Shown here: piece after piece, positions 19,534-29,094 of the stretch
How positions within the stretch are numbered: position 1 is the first letter of the stretch
How the letters are laid out: each line of letters starts with the position of its first letter
Origin: Bradymonadales bacterium
GTDB lineage: Bacteria > Bdellovibrionota > UBA2394
NCBI GenBank assembly: GCA_007693605.1
Contig: REDG01000040.1
Span: 1-57,685 of the forward strand
Direction: 5' to 3'
DNA length: 57,685 nucleotides
Translations under genes and position numbers: made by a program
Notes under the pieces: model-generated
Told to the model about the DNA's origin: nothing
The model's input: only the letters and a program-made list of their open reading frames with translations
The model's database searches: none

Positions 19534-20610
19534 TTGATCCTGAATTTTTTACAAATCTTTTTTGAAGACAGTCTGATTCTCAATCTGTTTCGTTACATCA
19601 CTTTTCGAGCGCTCTTAGCCGCGGTTCTGAGTTTTCTGATGGTTCTTCTCTTTATGCCGAAGTTGATGCGTTGGCTTCAAAACCTTCGAGTCGGACAGGT
19701 CGTTCGAGATGATGGGCCACAAACTCACTTAAAGAAGAAAGGCACTCCCACCATGGGGGGGGTTCTGATTGTGGGAGCCATTTTTGTGGTGTGTTTGCTC
19801 TTCAATCGTTTGGACAATCTGCTCGTCTGGATCGTTCTGGGAGTTCTGATACTTTCCGGTTTTGTCGGTTTTCTGGATGACTTCTTAAAGCTTCGCAAGA
19901 AAAATTCAAAAGGGGTGAGCTTTCGGCTCAAGATGTTGAGTTTAAGTGCAATTGCTCTGGGAGCGGTTTGGCTTGGGCTTGAGTGGGGGTTGATTGAGTC
20001 GAGAATTCACTTTCCCTTCTTTAAAGAGGCCTACCTTGATGTGGGCTTCCTCTATTATCTGTGGAGTTTGGCCGTCATTGTCGGCTCCTCCAATGCCGTG
20101 AATTTGACCGACGGGCTTGATGGGTTAGCGATTGTGCCGGTGATGACGACCGCCCTGGTGCTGGCGGTGATCGCTTATGTGTCTGGTCACGCCTTGTTCT
20201 CTAATTATTTGCAGTTTCAATTTATGCCCGGGGCGGGAGAGTTGAGTATCGTCATGACGGCCATGATTGGGGCGGGTCTTGGATTTCTCTGGTACAACGC
20301 CCATCCCGCTCAGGTTTTCATGGGGGATGTGGGCTCCCTTTCTTTAGGCGCCGCCCTTGGAGTTTCAGCGCTTTTGATCCATCAGGAGTTGGTTCTTTTT
20401 ATCGCCGGTTTTTTGTTTGTTATGGAAGCCGTGTCGGTCATGATTCAGGTGGGTTGGTATAAGAGCTCGAAGAAGAGAATCTTTCGGATGGCGCCACTTC
20501 ACCACCATTTCGAGCTTTCGGGCTGGCCGGAGTCTAAGGTCATCGTTCGCTTCTGGATTCTCTCAATTTTGTTTGCCGTGATTGCTCTGACCACGCTAAA
20601 ACTCCGCTGA
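19534..20610 (+). CDS. mraY: Phospho-MurNAc-pentapeptide transferase
   Basis: KKGTPTMGG, NAVNLTDGLDGLA, VFMGDVGS and MAPLHHHFE motifs. Confidence 0.98.
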   Translation: MILNFLQIFFEDSLILNLFRYITFRALLAAVLSFLMVLLFMPKLMRWLQNLRVGQVVRDDGPQTHLKKKGTPTMGGVLIVGAIFVVCLLFNRLDNLLVWIVLGVLILSGFVGFLDDFLKLRKKNSKGVSFRLKMLSLSAIALGAVWLGLEWGLIESRIHFPFFKEAYLDVGFLYYLWSLAVIVGSSNAVNLTDGLDGLAIVPVMTTALVLAVIAYVSGHALFSNYLQFQFMPGAGELSIVMTAMIGAGLGFLWYNAHPAQVFMGDVGSLSLGAALGVSALLIHQELVLFIAGFLFVMEAVSVMIQVGWYKSSKKRIFRMAPLHHHFELSGWPESKVIVRFWILSILFAVIALTTLKLR

Positions 20611-21851
20611 TGTCGACTCCTCCGATTCTTTGTTTGGGCCGAGGCCGAAGCGCAACTTCGATTGCTCGTTTCTTTGGGCAGGCTCAGGCCTTAGAAGAGA
20701 CCGAAGACTCGGTGACTCTGTGGAACTGGACAGCCGGGGAATGGATTCAGAAGGAAAGATTCGCCGGCGGATTCGAGCAGATCTCTTGGGAGGACTTTTT
20801 GCCAGCCAAAGTCTTTTTGAGTCCGGGCATTGATCCACGGCGAGAATTTTTTTCTTCCGTACAGGCTGTTGAGGAAAGAGAACTTGAACTTTTCTGCAAT
20901 CAATTTGGGGGCCAAATTATTGGGATTACGGGGACCAACGGAAAGTCTAGTTTTACAGCGGCCCTTGGCGGGCTTTTGAAAGAGGCCTGTGGAGAAGAAA
21001 AGGTTTTTGTGGGCGGCAATCTTGGGACCCCCCTTTTTGAAGCGCTTCAGAGAGGGGTGGCTTACGAGTTAGCGGTGGTGGAACTCTCAAGCTTTCAATT
21101 GGAACGAATCGAAGGTCTAAGCATGAACTTGGGGATTCTCTTGAATTTGTCTCCAGATCATCTGGATCGATATGATTCGATCGAGGATTACTACCAGACG
21201 AAATGGGGGCTTCTAAAAAACGCTCAATCGATCATCTACCCGAAGGACTACCGTCCTCCCTCAGGCTTGGCGGCTTCAGCCGTCGACTTTTGGGCTCTTG
21301 AGCCTTTTCAGGATGTTCTGAAGCGAGTGGGTGGTTTTCTTGAGTCAAGACTGTCTTTGAAGATACCCGCCGGAGCATGGAGCCGCATTCAGAGCCTTCC
21401 TCATCGGCTAGAGCGATGGCAGTCAGAAAGGGGGGTGATTTTCGTTAACGACTCGAAATCCACCAATATTGCCTCGACGCGTTATGCCTTGGCGAGTCGG
21501 CCAAAGATCAGAGGGAGATCTTATTTGATTTTGGGAGGTCGGGACAAAGGCGGAGACTTTTCTGAGCTGGCGGCTGATCTTTCGGGAATTGAACAAGTCT
21601 TTGTGTATGGGGAGTGCCGTGAAAAGATCTGCAAAGCGCTGAGTGCGTCTGTGAAGACAGAAGTCTTTTCGTCCTTGGGGGATCTGATGAAGTCAGTTCC
21701 GAGTCGCTTGCAAGAAGATGATCTTTTGCTGCTTTCACCAGCCTGTTCAAGTTTTGACGAATTCAAGAACTATGAAGATCGTGGGGATCGTTTCTTTCAG
21801 TGGGCGAAGGAGGCAGAATCTTCGTTGATTGCCAGAGCCAAAACTCGATAG
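20610..21851 (+). CDS. murD: UDP-MurNAc-L-Ala:D-Glu ligase MurD
   Basis: SPGI, GITGTNGKS, GGNLG, ELSSFQLE, DHLDRY, NDSKSTN and LLSPACSSFD motifs. Confidence 0.95.
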   Translation: MSTPPILCLGRGRSATSIARFFGQAQALEETEDSVTLWNWTAGEWIQKERFAGGFEQISWEDFLPAKVFLSPGIDPRREFFSSVQAVEERELELFCNQFGGQIIGITGTNGKSSFTAALGGLLKEACGEEKVFVGGNLGTPLFEALQRGVAYELAVVELSSFQLERIEGLSMNLGILLNLSPDHLDRYDSIEDYYQTKWGLLKNAQSIIYPKDYRPPSGLAASAVDFWALEPFQDVLKRVGGFLESRLSLKIPAGAWSRIQSLPHRLERWQSERGVIFVNDSKSTNIASTRYALASRPKIRGRSYLILGGRDKGGDFSELAADLSGIEQVFVYGECREKICKALSASVKTEVFSSLGDLMKSVPSRLQEDDLLLLSPACSSFDEFKNYEDRGDRFFQWAKEAESSLIARAKTR

Positions 21852-21859
21852 AATAAGGA

Positions 21860-23017
21860 ATGGCGTGGATTGGCTCCGTGACTCGTTCGAACTGGGCGAT
21901 CCTGAGGAGTTCAAGATATTTTCCGGCGGGCTGCTCTCATATGGGGCTTTTCTTGCTTCTTGTGGGTTTAAGTCTTTTTGGTCTTGTGATGATCTACAGT
22001 TCGTCAGCCGTCTTGGGAATGCAAAGATTCTCTGACCCACTTTTTTTCGTGAAGAAACAAGCCATTTTCTTGGCGATTGGATGGGGCTTGTATTTCGCTA
22101 TTTCTCAGCTTCCAATTGAGAAGCTTTTAGACTTTCGACTGAGCCTTCTGTTTCTTTGTGTGCTCGGACTGGTGCTGGTTCTGATTCCAGGAGTTGGTAG
22201 TGCTGCCGGTGGAGCTCAACGATGGGTGCAGTTGGGGCCCTTGAGCTTTCAGCCCGCAGAACTCGTTCGTCTGTTGTTCGTCTTTTATTTGGCGGCGGGG
22301 CTTTGGATCAAGAGAGAGAGTCTTTCGTCTTTCAATCGAGGTTTTCTTCCGTTCTTTGTAGCGACGTCTCTTTTGATGTTTCTTCTGATTCTTCAGCCCG
22401 ACTTTGGGGGCGCGATGGCTCTTTTTGCAATCAGTGTCTCCATGTGGTTTGTGGGGGGAGTTCCTCTTCTGTATCTTGGCGGGCTTGCGCTTTTAGCCAG
22501 CCCCGCTCTTCTGTTTGTCTTGTTTCAGGCAAGCTATCGGACGCAAAGAGTGATGACTTTTCTCAACCCATGGAGTGATCCTCAAGGGGCGGGATTTCAG
22601 GTGATTCAATCTTATCTGGCGTTTTTCGAAGGTAAGTGGACGGGTGTGGGATTGGGGAACTCTCAGCAGAAACTCTTTTACCTTCCGGAAGCGCATACAG
22701 ATTTTGTTTTCTCCGTGATTGGAGAGGAGCTGGGGGCACTTGGAGCCATGTCGGTCCTCTCGGCCTTTTTTCTATTGATGCTCTTTGGATTTCGAATTGC
22801 CCGACAACAGCAGGAGGGGCGCCTCTACTTTTTGGGAATAGGCTTGAGTATTTTTATTTGTCTTCCCGCTCTATTGAATATGATGGTTACGATTGGATTG
22901 CTTCCGACCAAAGGTTTGCCTTTACCCTTTTTTAGTGCGGGCGGGAGTTCATTGATCGTTTCCATGATGGCTTTGGGAGCGCTTCAAGCTCTTCATCGAA
23001 AGAGGCTGAGGATTTGA
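21860..23017 (+). CDS. ftsW: SEDS peptidoglycan polymerase FtsW
   Basis: GLVMIYSSS, FQPAE, QPDFG, LPEAHTDF and KGLPLPFFSAGGSS motifs. Confidence 0.95.
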   Translation: MAWIGSVTRSNWAILRSSRYFPAGCSHMGLFLLLVGLSLFGLVMIYSSSAVLGMQRFSDPLFFVKKQAIFLAIGWGLYFAISQLPIEKLLDFRLSLLFLCVLGLVLVLIPGVGSAAGGAQRWVQLGPLSFQPAELVRLLFVFYLAAGLWIKRESLSSFNRGFLPFFVATSLLMFLLILQPDFGGAMALFAISVSMWFVGGVPLLYLGGLALLASPALLFVLFQASYRTQRVMTFLNPWSDPQGAGFQVIQSYLAFFEGKWTGVGLGNSQQKLFYLPEAHTDFVFSVIGEELGALGAMSVLSAFFLLMLFGFRIARQQQEGRLYFLGIGLSIFICLPALLNMMVTIGLLPTKGLPLPFFSAGGSSLIVSMMALGALQALHRKRLRI

Positions 23018-24048
23018 AAGAACTTCGAATGATCGTTGCCGGTGGGGGGACGGGGGGCCACTTCTTTTGTGGCGTGGCGTTCGCAGAAGCTTTTCTTGAA
23101 CGATACCCCCAATCGAAGGTGGTATTTGTGGGGGTTAGACAGGGGATCGAAGCTCGCACTCATTTGAGTGACCCGAGAATGTCGATTCGCTTTGTGCAGG
23201 CGAGGGGTGTTTTAGGGAAGTCTGTCTTTGATAAAGTCTTTGCTCTTTTCACAATTCTGGGGGGATTTTTTCAGGCTCTTGGAATTCTTTGGTCGGTTCG
23301 ACCTCGATTGGTTTTAGGGGTGGGAGGCTATGCTAGTGTTCCCGTCATTCTTGCGGCTTGGATGACTCGGCCCCTGATGCGTTGGAATATTCGGGTGATT
23401 GATCAGAACTCTGTGCCGGGCTTAGCCAATCGCTTGTTTGCTCGCCTTGGCATTCCTGCCTATTCGGGCTTTGCCAGTCCCGGATTTCGAGAGATTGATC
23501 TTCCGGTTCGAAGGGCTCTAAGGCGTCCCCAAGAGGGGGCGCGAGATTTTGTATGGCCTCCTAAAAACATTCTCGTGATGGGCGGATCGCAGGGGGCCAA
23601 GGCCTTGAATCAAGCTTGGATAAGATTATTGCCCGATTTAAGAAACTTTGATCCTGACATTCAAGTCTTTCATCAAACGGGGGCGCATTCTTTAGAGAAC
23701 TGTCGGTCGGCTTACGAGAATTTTCAGATTCGCGCGGAATGTTTTGTCTTTTCAGACAAGATGGCCGACTACTATCAGGCGGCTGATTTAATCATTGCGA
23801 GGGCAGGAGCTCTCAGTGTGTTTGAGATTATGGAGCACCAGAGGCCCTGCATTTTTGTGCCATTTCCCTTTGCAACTCATCAACATCAGCTTCGAAACGC
23901 AGAAGCCGTACAATCTTCTGACTGGATTCTTCTTGAAACGGATCTAAAATGGTCAAAACTCGAAAGGCTTTTTAACTCCGATCGACCCAAACTACCAAAA
24001 AGGCGACAGGGGGTCGGGTTGCAGTGGGAATCCGTCATTCAAGCCTGA
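23014..24048 (+). CDS. murG: Undecaprenyl-PP-MurNAc-pentapeptide GlcNAc transferase MurG
   Basis: GGGTGGH, GGYAS, GGSQGA and RAGA motifs. Confidence 0.95.
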   Translation: MKELRMIVAGGGTGGHFFCGVAFAEAFLERYPQSKVVFVGVRQGIEARTHLSDPRMSIRFVQARGVLGKSVFDKVFALFTILGGFFQALGILWSVRPRLVLGVGGYASVPVILAAWMTRPLMRWNIRVIDQNSVPGLANRLFARLGIPAYSGFASPGFREIDLPVRRALRRPQEGARDFVWPPKNILVMGGSQGAKALNQAWIRLLPDLRNFDPDIQVFHQTGAHSLENCRSAYENFQIRAECFVFSDKMADYYQAADLIIARAGALSVFEIMEHQRPCIFVPFPFATHQHQLRNAEAVQSSDWILLETDLKWSKLERLFNSDRPKLPKRRQGVGLQWESVIQA

Positions 24049-24198
24049 GGGAACTGTCGCTAAGGGCCCATCTGCTTCGTCGGCCGCGTCGCTGCGCTTC
24101 TCGAGTGGCATGATAACCACACTGCGATGCTCGCTCCTTGTCTTCTCGCATCTGGACCCTTATCGACAGTTCCCTATGAATCGCTAAGGGCCCATCTG
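24048..24198. repeat. Complete 128-bp MITE-like imperfect palindrome (24048-24175) followed by a partial arm
   Basis: Left arm AGGGAACTGTCGCTAAGGGCCCATCTGC (24048-24075) and right arm GCATCTGGACCCTTATCGACAGTTCCCT (24148-24175) are 24/28 complementary. The body is nearly identical to the copies at 1-232. Confidence 0.9.
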
Positions 24199-24207
24199 TT
24201 GTCTCCT

Positions 24208-24401
24208 AAAACTCCGGCCCAATAGCCAACGCAATACTAGCTCTCACTTCCGCAGCGGCAGTTGACATAACTTGGTGCTGCGGAAAGCAAAAGCTGTGGT
24301 TCATTGCTTAGAGAACAATTGCAGCCTGTACTCCATCGAGAGAAAGGAACGGTATGCTTAAGATTGAGCTAGTCTGGCACTTTCGTCTCCCGACCCCTTC
24401 C
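24208..24401 (+). repeat. Left direct repeat flanking the GLUG lipoprotein gene (block A 24208-24272, 90-bp spacer, block B 24363-24401)
   Basis: Block A matches 26595-26659 at 64/65. Block B matches 26663-26701 at 39/39. Confidence 0.92.
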
Positions 24402-24497
24402 TGACCCCTTCCTGAGATTTAGGTCTGTAAAAAGGTTAGGGCGGCTGAGTTTGCTGGGAAAAGAGGCGTCATTAAGAAGACTTACGAGGATCTGTCG

Positions 24498-24513
24498 TGG
24501 CATGACAGTTGCA
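24498..24513 (+). promoter_or_regulatory. Sigma54 -24/-12 promoter
   Basis: TGGCAT-GACAG-TTGCA with GG-N10-GC spacing, about 50 bp upstream of ATG 24563, with a GGAG RBS in between. Confidence 0.7.
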
Positions 24514-24562
24514 CACTTTTAGAGAAAGTCCTGGATGAAGTGGAATACGGTGGAGAGCCCTT

Positions 24563-26581
24563 ATGCGCGTCTTTTTCTCAGTTTTGAGTCTTTTTGGAAT
24601 ATTGGCCTGTTCGGCAGTCGATCCGGTGGGAGACAAGGGTGGTCCAGAAGGCACACAAGATCGGCCCGTTGTGCCGGGTCTGGGTGGCGGTCATGACGAC
24701 GACACGCCTGGCGGCGGAATTGACACGATCCCCCCTGTCATCAGTCTAATTGGCGATTCACAGGTCAGCTTAGAGCCCTGCATTGCCTTTGAAGATCCAG
24801 GAGCTTTAGCGATCGATTCCCTCGGTGGTGAGCTAGAGGTTCAAGCCATTTACCCAACCGACTTCTTTGAGGTGCTTCAGTATGTTGAGGGGACTTACGA
24901 AGTTCGATATGAGGCCACCGATGCTGCAGGAAATTCAGCGATCCCTGTGATTCGAACGCTAGAGGTGTCTGAGACCTCCCTGTTTTCGGCCGAGGATTTT
25001 TCCCGGCTAAGAGAGAATCTGTCGGGTGACTTTCGGATTTGTCAGGATGTCTCGTTTTCTGCGAACTCGGACTTTGAACCCATTGGTTCAGCCAGCACCG
25101 GAGGCCACTTTTTGGGCAGACTGAGTGGCCGGAAAGCAAATGGAGAGCGAGCGAAGATCTCTGGTTTAAGGCTTGAACGAGGGGGCAACAACTTGGGATT
25201 GTTTGCAAGTTTAGGAGATTCTGCGGTTGTGCAGGAAATTGATTTTGAATCTGTCGAAGTGCTTGGCAACCAAGCATCGAGTTCATGGGTTGGGATTCTC
25301 GCGGGCCGGTCCTCTGGACTCATTCAAGGCGTCAGTGTGAAGAATGCAAGGCTTGAGGGGCGAGCCAGTGTGGGTGGCATCGTGGGCTGGCTCTTTGCAA
25401 GCTCCTCTGGAGGTCCGGGTCGAATTGAGAATGTCTTCGTGGAGAATCTAAGTATAGAATTGGGAGCGCTAGACGCTGGGGGCCGATACGCAGGGGGGAT
25501 TGTTGGGTTTATGTCAAATAATACTCAGTTAAAAAATGTGCGGGTGGGGAATGAAGAGGATCTCTCTCCTTATCCCGTTAAAATCTCAGGTTCTGATCGC
25601 GCCATCTTGGGGGGGATTGCAGGAGGGGTATCGAGTGGCCAGATTGAGAGCTGCGAATTTTACGGAGATTTAAGTATGAGTTGGGCCAGAGTCTCAGGAG
25701 ACAGTAGTCTAGGGGGAGTTGTTGGTGTTCTGAACTCGGCAGAGGCTTTAGACTGTCATAGCTTTGGGGATTTGCATGCCCCCAGCAACTCAATGGGCGG
25801 TGGCGTGGCAGGCTGGATGATCGGGAGTAGCGCGGCGATCAAAGAGTCGTCGAGCAGTTTGTTGATCTCTGGCCTTAGAGAGCTTGGCGGTTTGGCAGGT
25901 CGAATGGGCGAGGCCAACAACAACCACCAGCCCTCGATCGAGCGCAGTTTCTTTGATGGGGTGATCACCGGGCAAGAATCACTGGGAGGGATTGTCGGCC
26001 TCTGTTACAACTGCCTTATTTCAAAGAGTATCGCCGATATCATTATTAATTCAAGCAGCGGAAGTCGCCGTCGTATTGGGGGGATTATCGGTTGGCATAT
26101 AGGGGGGTTAACGACGTCTAGGATTGATGACAGTCTGGCAATGGGTCTCATCAATGGAGCTCTTACTGCTTCTGGAGGCTTGATCGGCGAGGCGGGTCGG
26201 ATAAGGCTAGAGAACTCTTATGCTCTCGTGGCCATGAGTCTCTGCCCCAATCAAAGCAGCTGCAATCAATCGAATTCGACTCTTAGGGGTCTGGTGGGGC
26301 GGCCAACTGGATCTGGAAGTAGTGGTACCAGGCTAGAGAACTCGTTTTGGGATCGTCGATTGTTTCCAAGCGAGCCTTTGAATTCAGATCCTAAACTTTA
26401 TGGTCAGAGCCTAAGTTCTCAAGAGCTTCGTCAGATTGGCCCTCATTTCATCAACTGGGCAATCGGCACGATCTGGTTGATTCCAAGAGTTGGGTTCGCT
26501 CCTGCTTACCCTCGATTGAAAGATATGCCTGAACTGAGTTTGCCGGCAATGGACCTAGCAGCGGACAATGCTTCAAACTGA
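24563..26581 (+). CDS. Surface lipoprotein with a DUF5011-like Ig domain and GLUG-motif beta-helix repeats
   Basis: Lipobox ILAC; Ig-like DTIPPVISLIGD...DPGA...GTYEVRYEATDAAGN; many GG(I/L/V)(V/A/I)G repeats; FEPIG and NSFWD motifs typical of GLUG proteins. Confidence 0.85.
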   Translation: MRVFFSVLSLFGILACSAVDPVGDKGGPEGTQDRPVVPGLGGGHDDDTPGGGIDTIPPVISLIGDSQVSLEPCIAFEDPGALAIDSLGGELEVQAIYPTDFFEVLQYVEGTYEVRYEATDAAGNSAIPVIRTLEVSETSLFSAEDFSRLRENLSGDFRICQDVSFSANSDFEPIGSASTGGHFLGRLSGRKANGERAKISGLRLERGGNNLGLFASLGDSAVVQEIDFESVEVLGNQASSSWVGILAGRSSGLIQGVSVKNARLEGRASVGGIVGWLFASSSGGPGRIENVFVENLSIELGALDAGGRYAGGIVGFMSNNTQLKNVRVGNEEDLSPYPVKISGSDRAILGGIAGGVSSGQIESCEFYGDLSMSWARVSGDSSLGGVVGVLNSAEALDCHSFGDLHAPSNSMGGGVAGWMIGSSAAIKESSSSLLISGLRELGGLAGRMGEANNNHQPSIERSFFDGVITGQESLGGIVGLCYNCLISKSIADIIINSSSGSRRRIGGIIGWHIGGLTTSRIDDSLAMGLINGALTASGGLIGEAGRIRLENSYALVAMSLCPNQSSCNQSNSTLRGLVGRPTGSGSSGTRLENSFWDRRLFPSEPLNSDPKLYGQSLSSQELRQIGPHFINWAIGTIWLIPRVGFAPAYPRLKDMPELSLPAMDLAADNASN

Positions 26582-26594
26582 GTTTTTTCTCTTG

Positions 26595-26701
26595 AAAACT
26601 CCGGCCCAATAGCCAATGCAATACTAGCTCTCACTTCCGCAGCGGCAGTTGACATAACTAATATTGAGCTAGTCTGGCACTTTCGTCTCCCGACCCCTTC
26701 C
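26595..26701 (+). repeat. Right direct repeat (block A, AAT, block B)
   Basis: AAAACTCCGGCCCAATAGCC...GTTGACATAACT, then AAT, then ATTGAGCTAGTCTGGCACTTTCGTCTCCCGACCCCTTCC; matches 24208-24272 and 24363-24401. Confidence 0.92.
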
Positions 26702-26748
26702 CCGGAAACTGCTTTACTGGGCTTTGAATTTCCGAGAGAAGAGGGCTT

Positions 26749-28149
26749 ATGTTTTGGAATCGTGAAAGAAAGCCACATATCCATATGATTGGAATTGGCG
26801 GCAGTGGGATGAGTGGGATTGCCGAAGTGCTTTTGGCCTCCAATTTTCAGGTGTCAGGCAGCGATTTGTCTGAGAGTCAGATTCTGCGAAAGCTTGAGGC
26901 TCTGGGCGCAAAGGTGTGGGTGGGACATTCCGCTCAGAAGTTGGGCAATCCAGATTGCGTGGTGATTTCGACGGCGATCCCTCAGGGGAACCCGGAATAT
27001 GAAGAGGCCCTTGCTCGACGAATTCCCGTGATTCCTAGGGCAGAGATGTTGGCCGAGCTGATGCGTTTGAAGCGAGGAATTGCGGTGGCCGGATCTCATG
27101 GAAAGACCACGACGACTTGCATTTTGGGTCAGCTTCTTCAGCCCTTGAGACCGACGGTGGTGGTCGGTGGAAGGGTTCAGCACTGGGATGCTTCAAGTCA
27201 GGTGGGTCGAAGCAGTCTGTTTGTCGTAGAGGCCGATGAAAGCGATCGGAGTTTTCTAAAGTATTCGCCCGTTTATTCTATAGTGACAAATGTAGATCTT
27301 GAGCATCTCGACAACTATCGAGATCTCGCCGATATCGAAGACAGTTTTGTCAGCTTTTTAAACCGAACCGCCTTTTTTGGCGAAGCCTGGCTGAATCTGA
27401 ACTGCCCTCAGCTGCGAAGAATGCGGGATCGACTCACCAAGCCCGTTCGTTTTTACGGGGAGGGAGAGGGCTGTCACTTAGAGATCCGAGACATCGATCT
27501 TCAGGGCCGATCTTCGAAGTTTCGTCTGATCTGGGAATCAGAGGACCTCGGAGAGTTTTTGCTTCCCATGCCCGGGAAACACAATGTCTGGAATGCGGCG
27601 GCGGCCGTGGCTCTAAGCCTAAGATTGGGCGTCAGCGCGAGAAGCTGCCGAAGGCGATTGGCCAGCGTTCAGGGAGCAGAGAGACGCCTGCAGATTCATC
27701 ACGAAGATTCTCAAGTTGCTGTAGTGGAAGACTACGCTCATCATCCCACAGAGCTTCGGGCGGCCATTCAAGCTCTTCGGCAAGTTTATCCGGATCGTTC
27801 CTTGATCGTTGTTTTTCAGCCCCATCGCTTCACTCGAACTCAGGCCCTGTGGAAAGATTTTCTAAGCCTCTTTCCGGAGCTGTGCGATCGATTGTATCTG
27901 CTCCCGATCTATGCTGCCCATGAAGAGCCGATTGAAAATGTGAGTTCTGAAGAAATGATTCGAATTTGGAATCGTCCTAACTTTCTCTTTCAAGCAGAGC
28001 TTCCCAATCCTGAGATGTTTGCCGAAGGCCTAAGGCGTGAATATGCTCAAGCGGTGGTCGCCGTTCTTGGGGCAGGCCCCTTATCAGCATTTTCTCGGAA
28101 TCTTGCAGAGATCTTTGCCGCAGAGCGTAGAAAACTGGCTTCTGATTGA
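26749..28149 (+). CDS. murC: UDP-MurNAc:L-Ala ligase MurC
   Basis: HMIGIGGSGMSGIA, AGSHGKTTT, EADESD, DYAHHPTE and FQPHRFTRT motifs. Confidence 0.97.
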   Translation: MFWNRERKPHIHMIGIGGSGMSGIAEVLLASNFQVSGSDLSESQILRKLEALGAKVWVGHSAQKLGNPDCVVISTAIPQGNPEYEEALARRIPVIPRAEMLAELMRLKRGIAVAGSHGKTTTTCILGQLLQPLRPTVVVGGRVQHWDASSQVGRSSLFVVEADESDRSFLKYSPVYSIVTNVDLEHLDNYRDLADIEDSFVSFLNRTAFFGEAWLNLNCPQLRRMRDRLTKPVRFYGEGEGCHLEIRDIDLQGRSSKFRLIWESEDLGEFLLPMPGKHNVWNAAAAVALSLRLGVSARSCRRRLASVQGAERRLQIHHEDSQVAVVEDYAHHPTELRAAIQALRQVYPDRSLIVVFQPHRFTRTQALWKDFLSLFPELCDRLYLLPIYAAHEEPIENVSSEEMIRIWNRPNFLFQAELPNPEMFAEGLRREYAQAVVAVLGAGPLSAFSRNLAEIFAAERRKLASD

Positions 28150-28182
28150 CCCGAACTGTCATTGTCGAGAGACTATGGGTGA

Positions 28183-29094
28183 ATGGGTTCATTCTCTTTT
28201 AGACAGAGAGATTGGCAGGGGAAGCACTTCTTTTTTCTTTCACTCGCTGTGATGACTGCCAGCATTATCTTTTTGTTTGCAGGGCGGCATCTTTACAATA
28301 CACTGAAACAAAGCGAAGCGTCAGAGAGCTTCATCAGTCGCCTAATGTCTGGGGGGGGATTTTTGGTACAGGCCGTAAATGTGAGCGAGACCGATTTCGG
28401 GCAGGCGGCCCCTGAGCCCATTCGTCAACAGCTGAAGTCTCAGTTGAACGGATTCGTTGGCGCCAATCTCATGAGTTTGGAACTGGCAGACCAAGTCGAA
28501 GGGGTGTTGAAAACCCCTTGGGTGAGAGCCTTCTCGGTGAAAAGAAAGTGGCCTTCAGAGCTTCGGGTGCAGATCGAATGGGAAAGGCCCCACTTTGCGG
28601 TCTTTTCGGGAGAAGGATGGGTGCTGGCAAACCAAGATGCAAAGTTTATTGCGAACTCGAAGGCCTTGTTCGGGCTCTGGGCAGAACTTCCTCAAATTTT
28701 TGGCCTCGAGCTGTATTTGAAGCGAGATATTTATTCGATGAATCGATCACTCAAGCGAGAGCAGCGATGGCTTCGCTCGGTTTTGAAGCTTTTGAATCAG
28801 CTAGAGAGCCGTCTTGGCGGAGAAGTTTTGCGTGTGGATATCGAAGAAGATGCCTGGAGAAATGAGGCTGTTTTTCGTGTGCGATGGAAGCCCTCTTTAG
28901 GGACTGTCCCCATCGATCTGCGATTCTCGGAGTCTGAATCTTTCGATGGCTTTGAGAGTTTACAGTATATTTTGAGTGATCTTCGGGCTCAGGGGCAGTA
29001 CCCAAAAGAGGTTTCTGCTGCATTGAAGGGGAGATGGATTGTCCAAATAGATGAAGAAGGGGGTGGGTCTTGGCCAAAAGCTTCCCAACCATAG
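28183..29094 (+). CDS. ftsQ: Divergent cell division protein FtsQ/DivIB
   Basis: Single N-terminal TM and a POTRA-like PWVRAFSVKRKWPSELRVQIEWERP segment; immediately before ftsA. Confidence 0.75.
   Translation: MGSFSFRQRDWQGKHFFFLSLAVMTASIIFLFAGRHLYNTLKQSEASESFISRLMSGGGFLVQAVNVSETDFGQAAPEPIRQQLKSQLNGFVGANLMSLELADQVEGVLKTPWVRAFSVKRKWPSELRVQIEWERPHFAVFSGEGWVLANQDAKFIANSKALFGLWAELPQIFGLELYLKRDIYSMNRSLKREQRWLRSVLKLLNQLESRLGGEVLRVDIEEDAWRNEAVFRVRWKPSLGTVPIDLRFSESESFDGFESLQYILSDLRAQGQYPKEVSAALKGRWIVQIDEEGGGSWPKASQP

Noticed and set aside
26674..26690. TGGCAC in block B as a sigma54 -24 box
   Set aside because: No TTGC at the -12 position.
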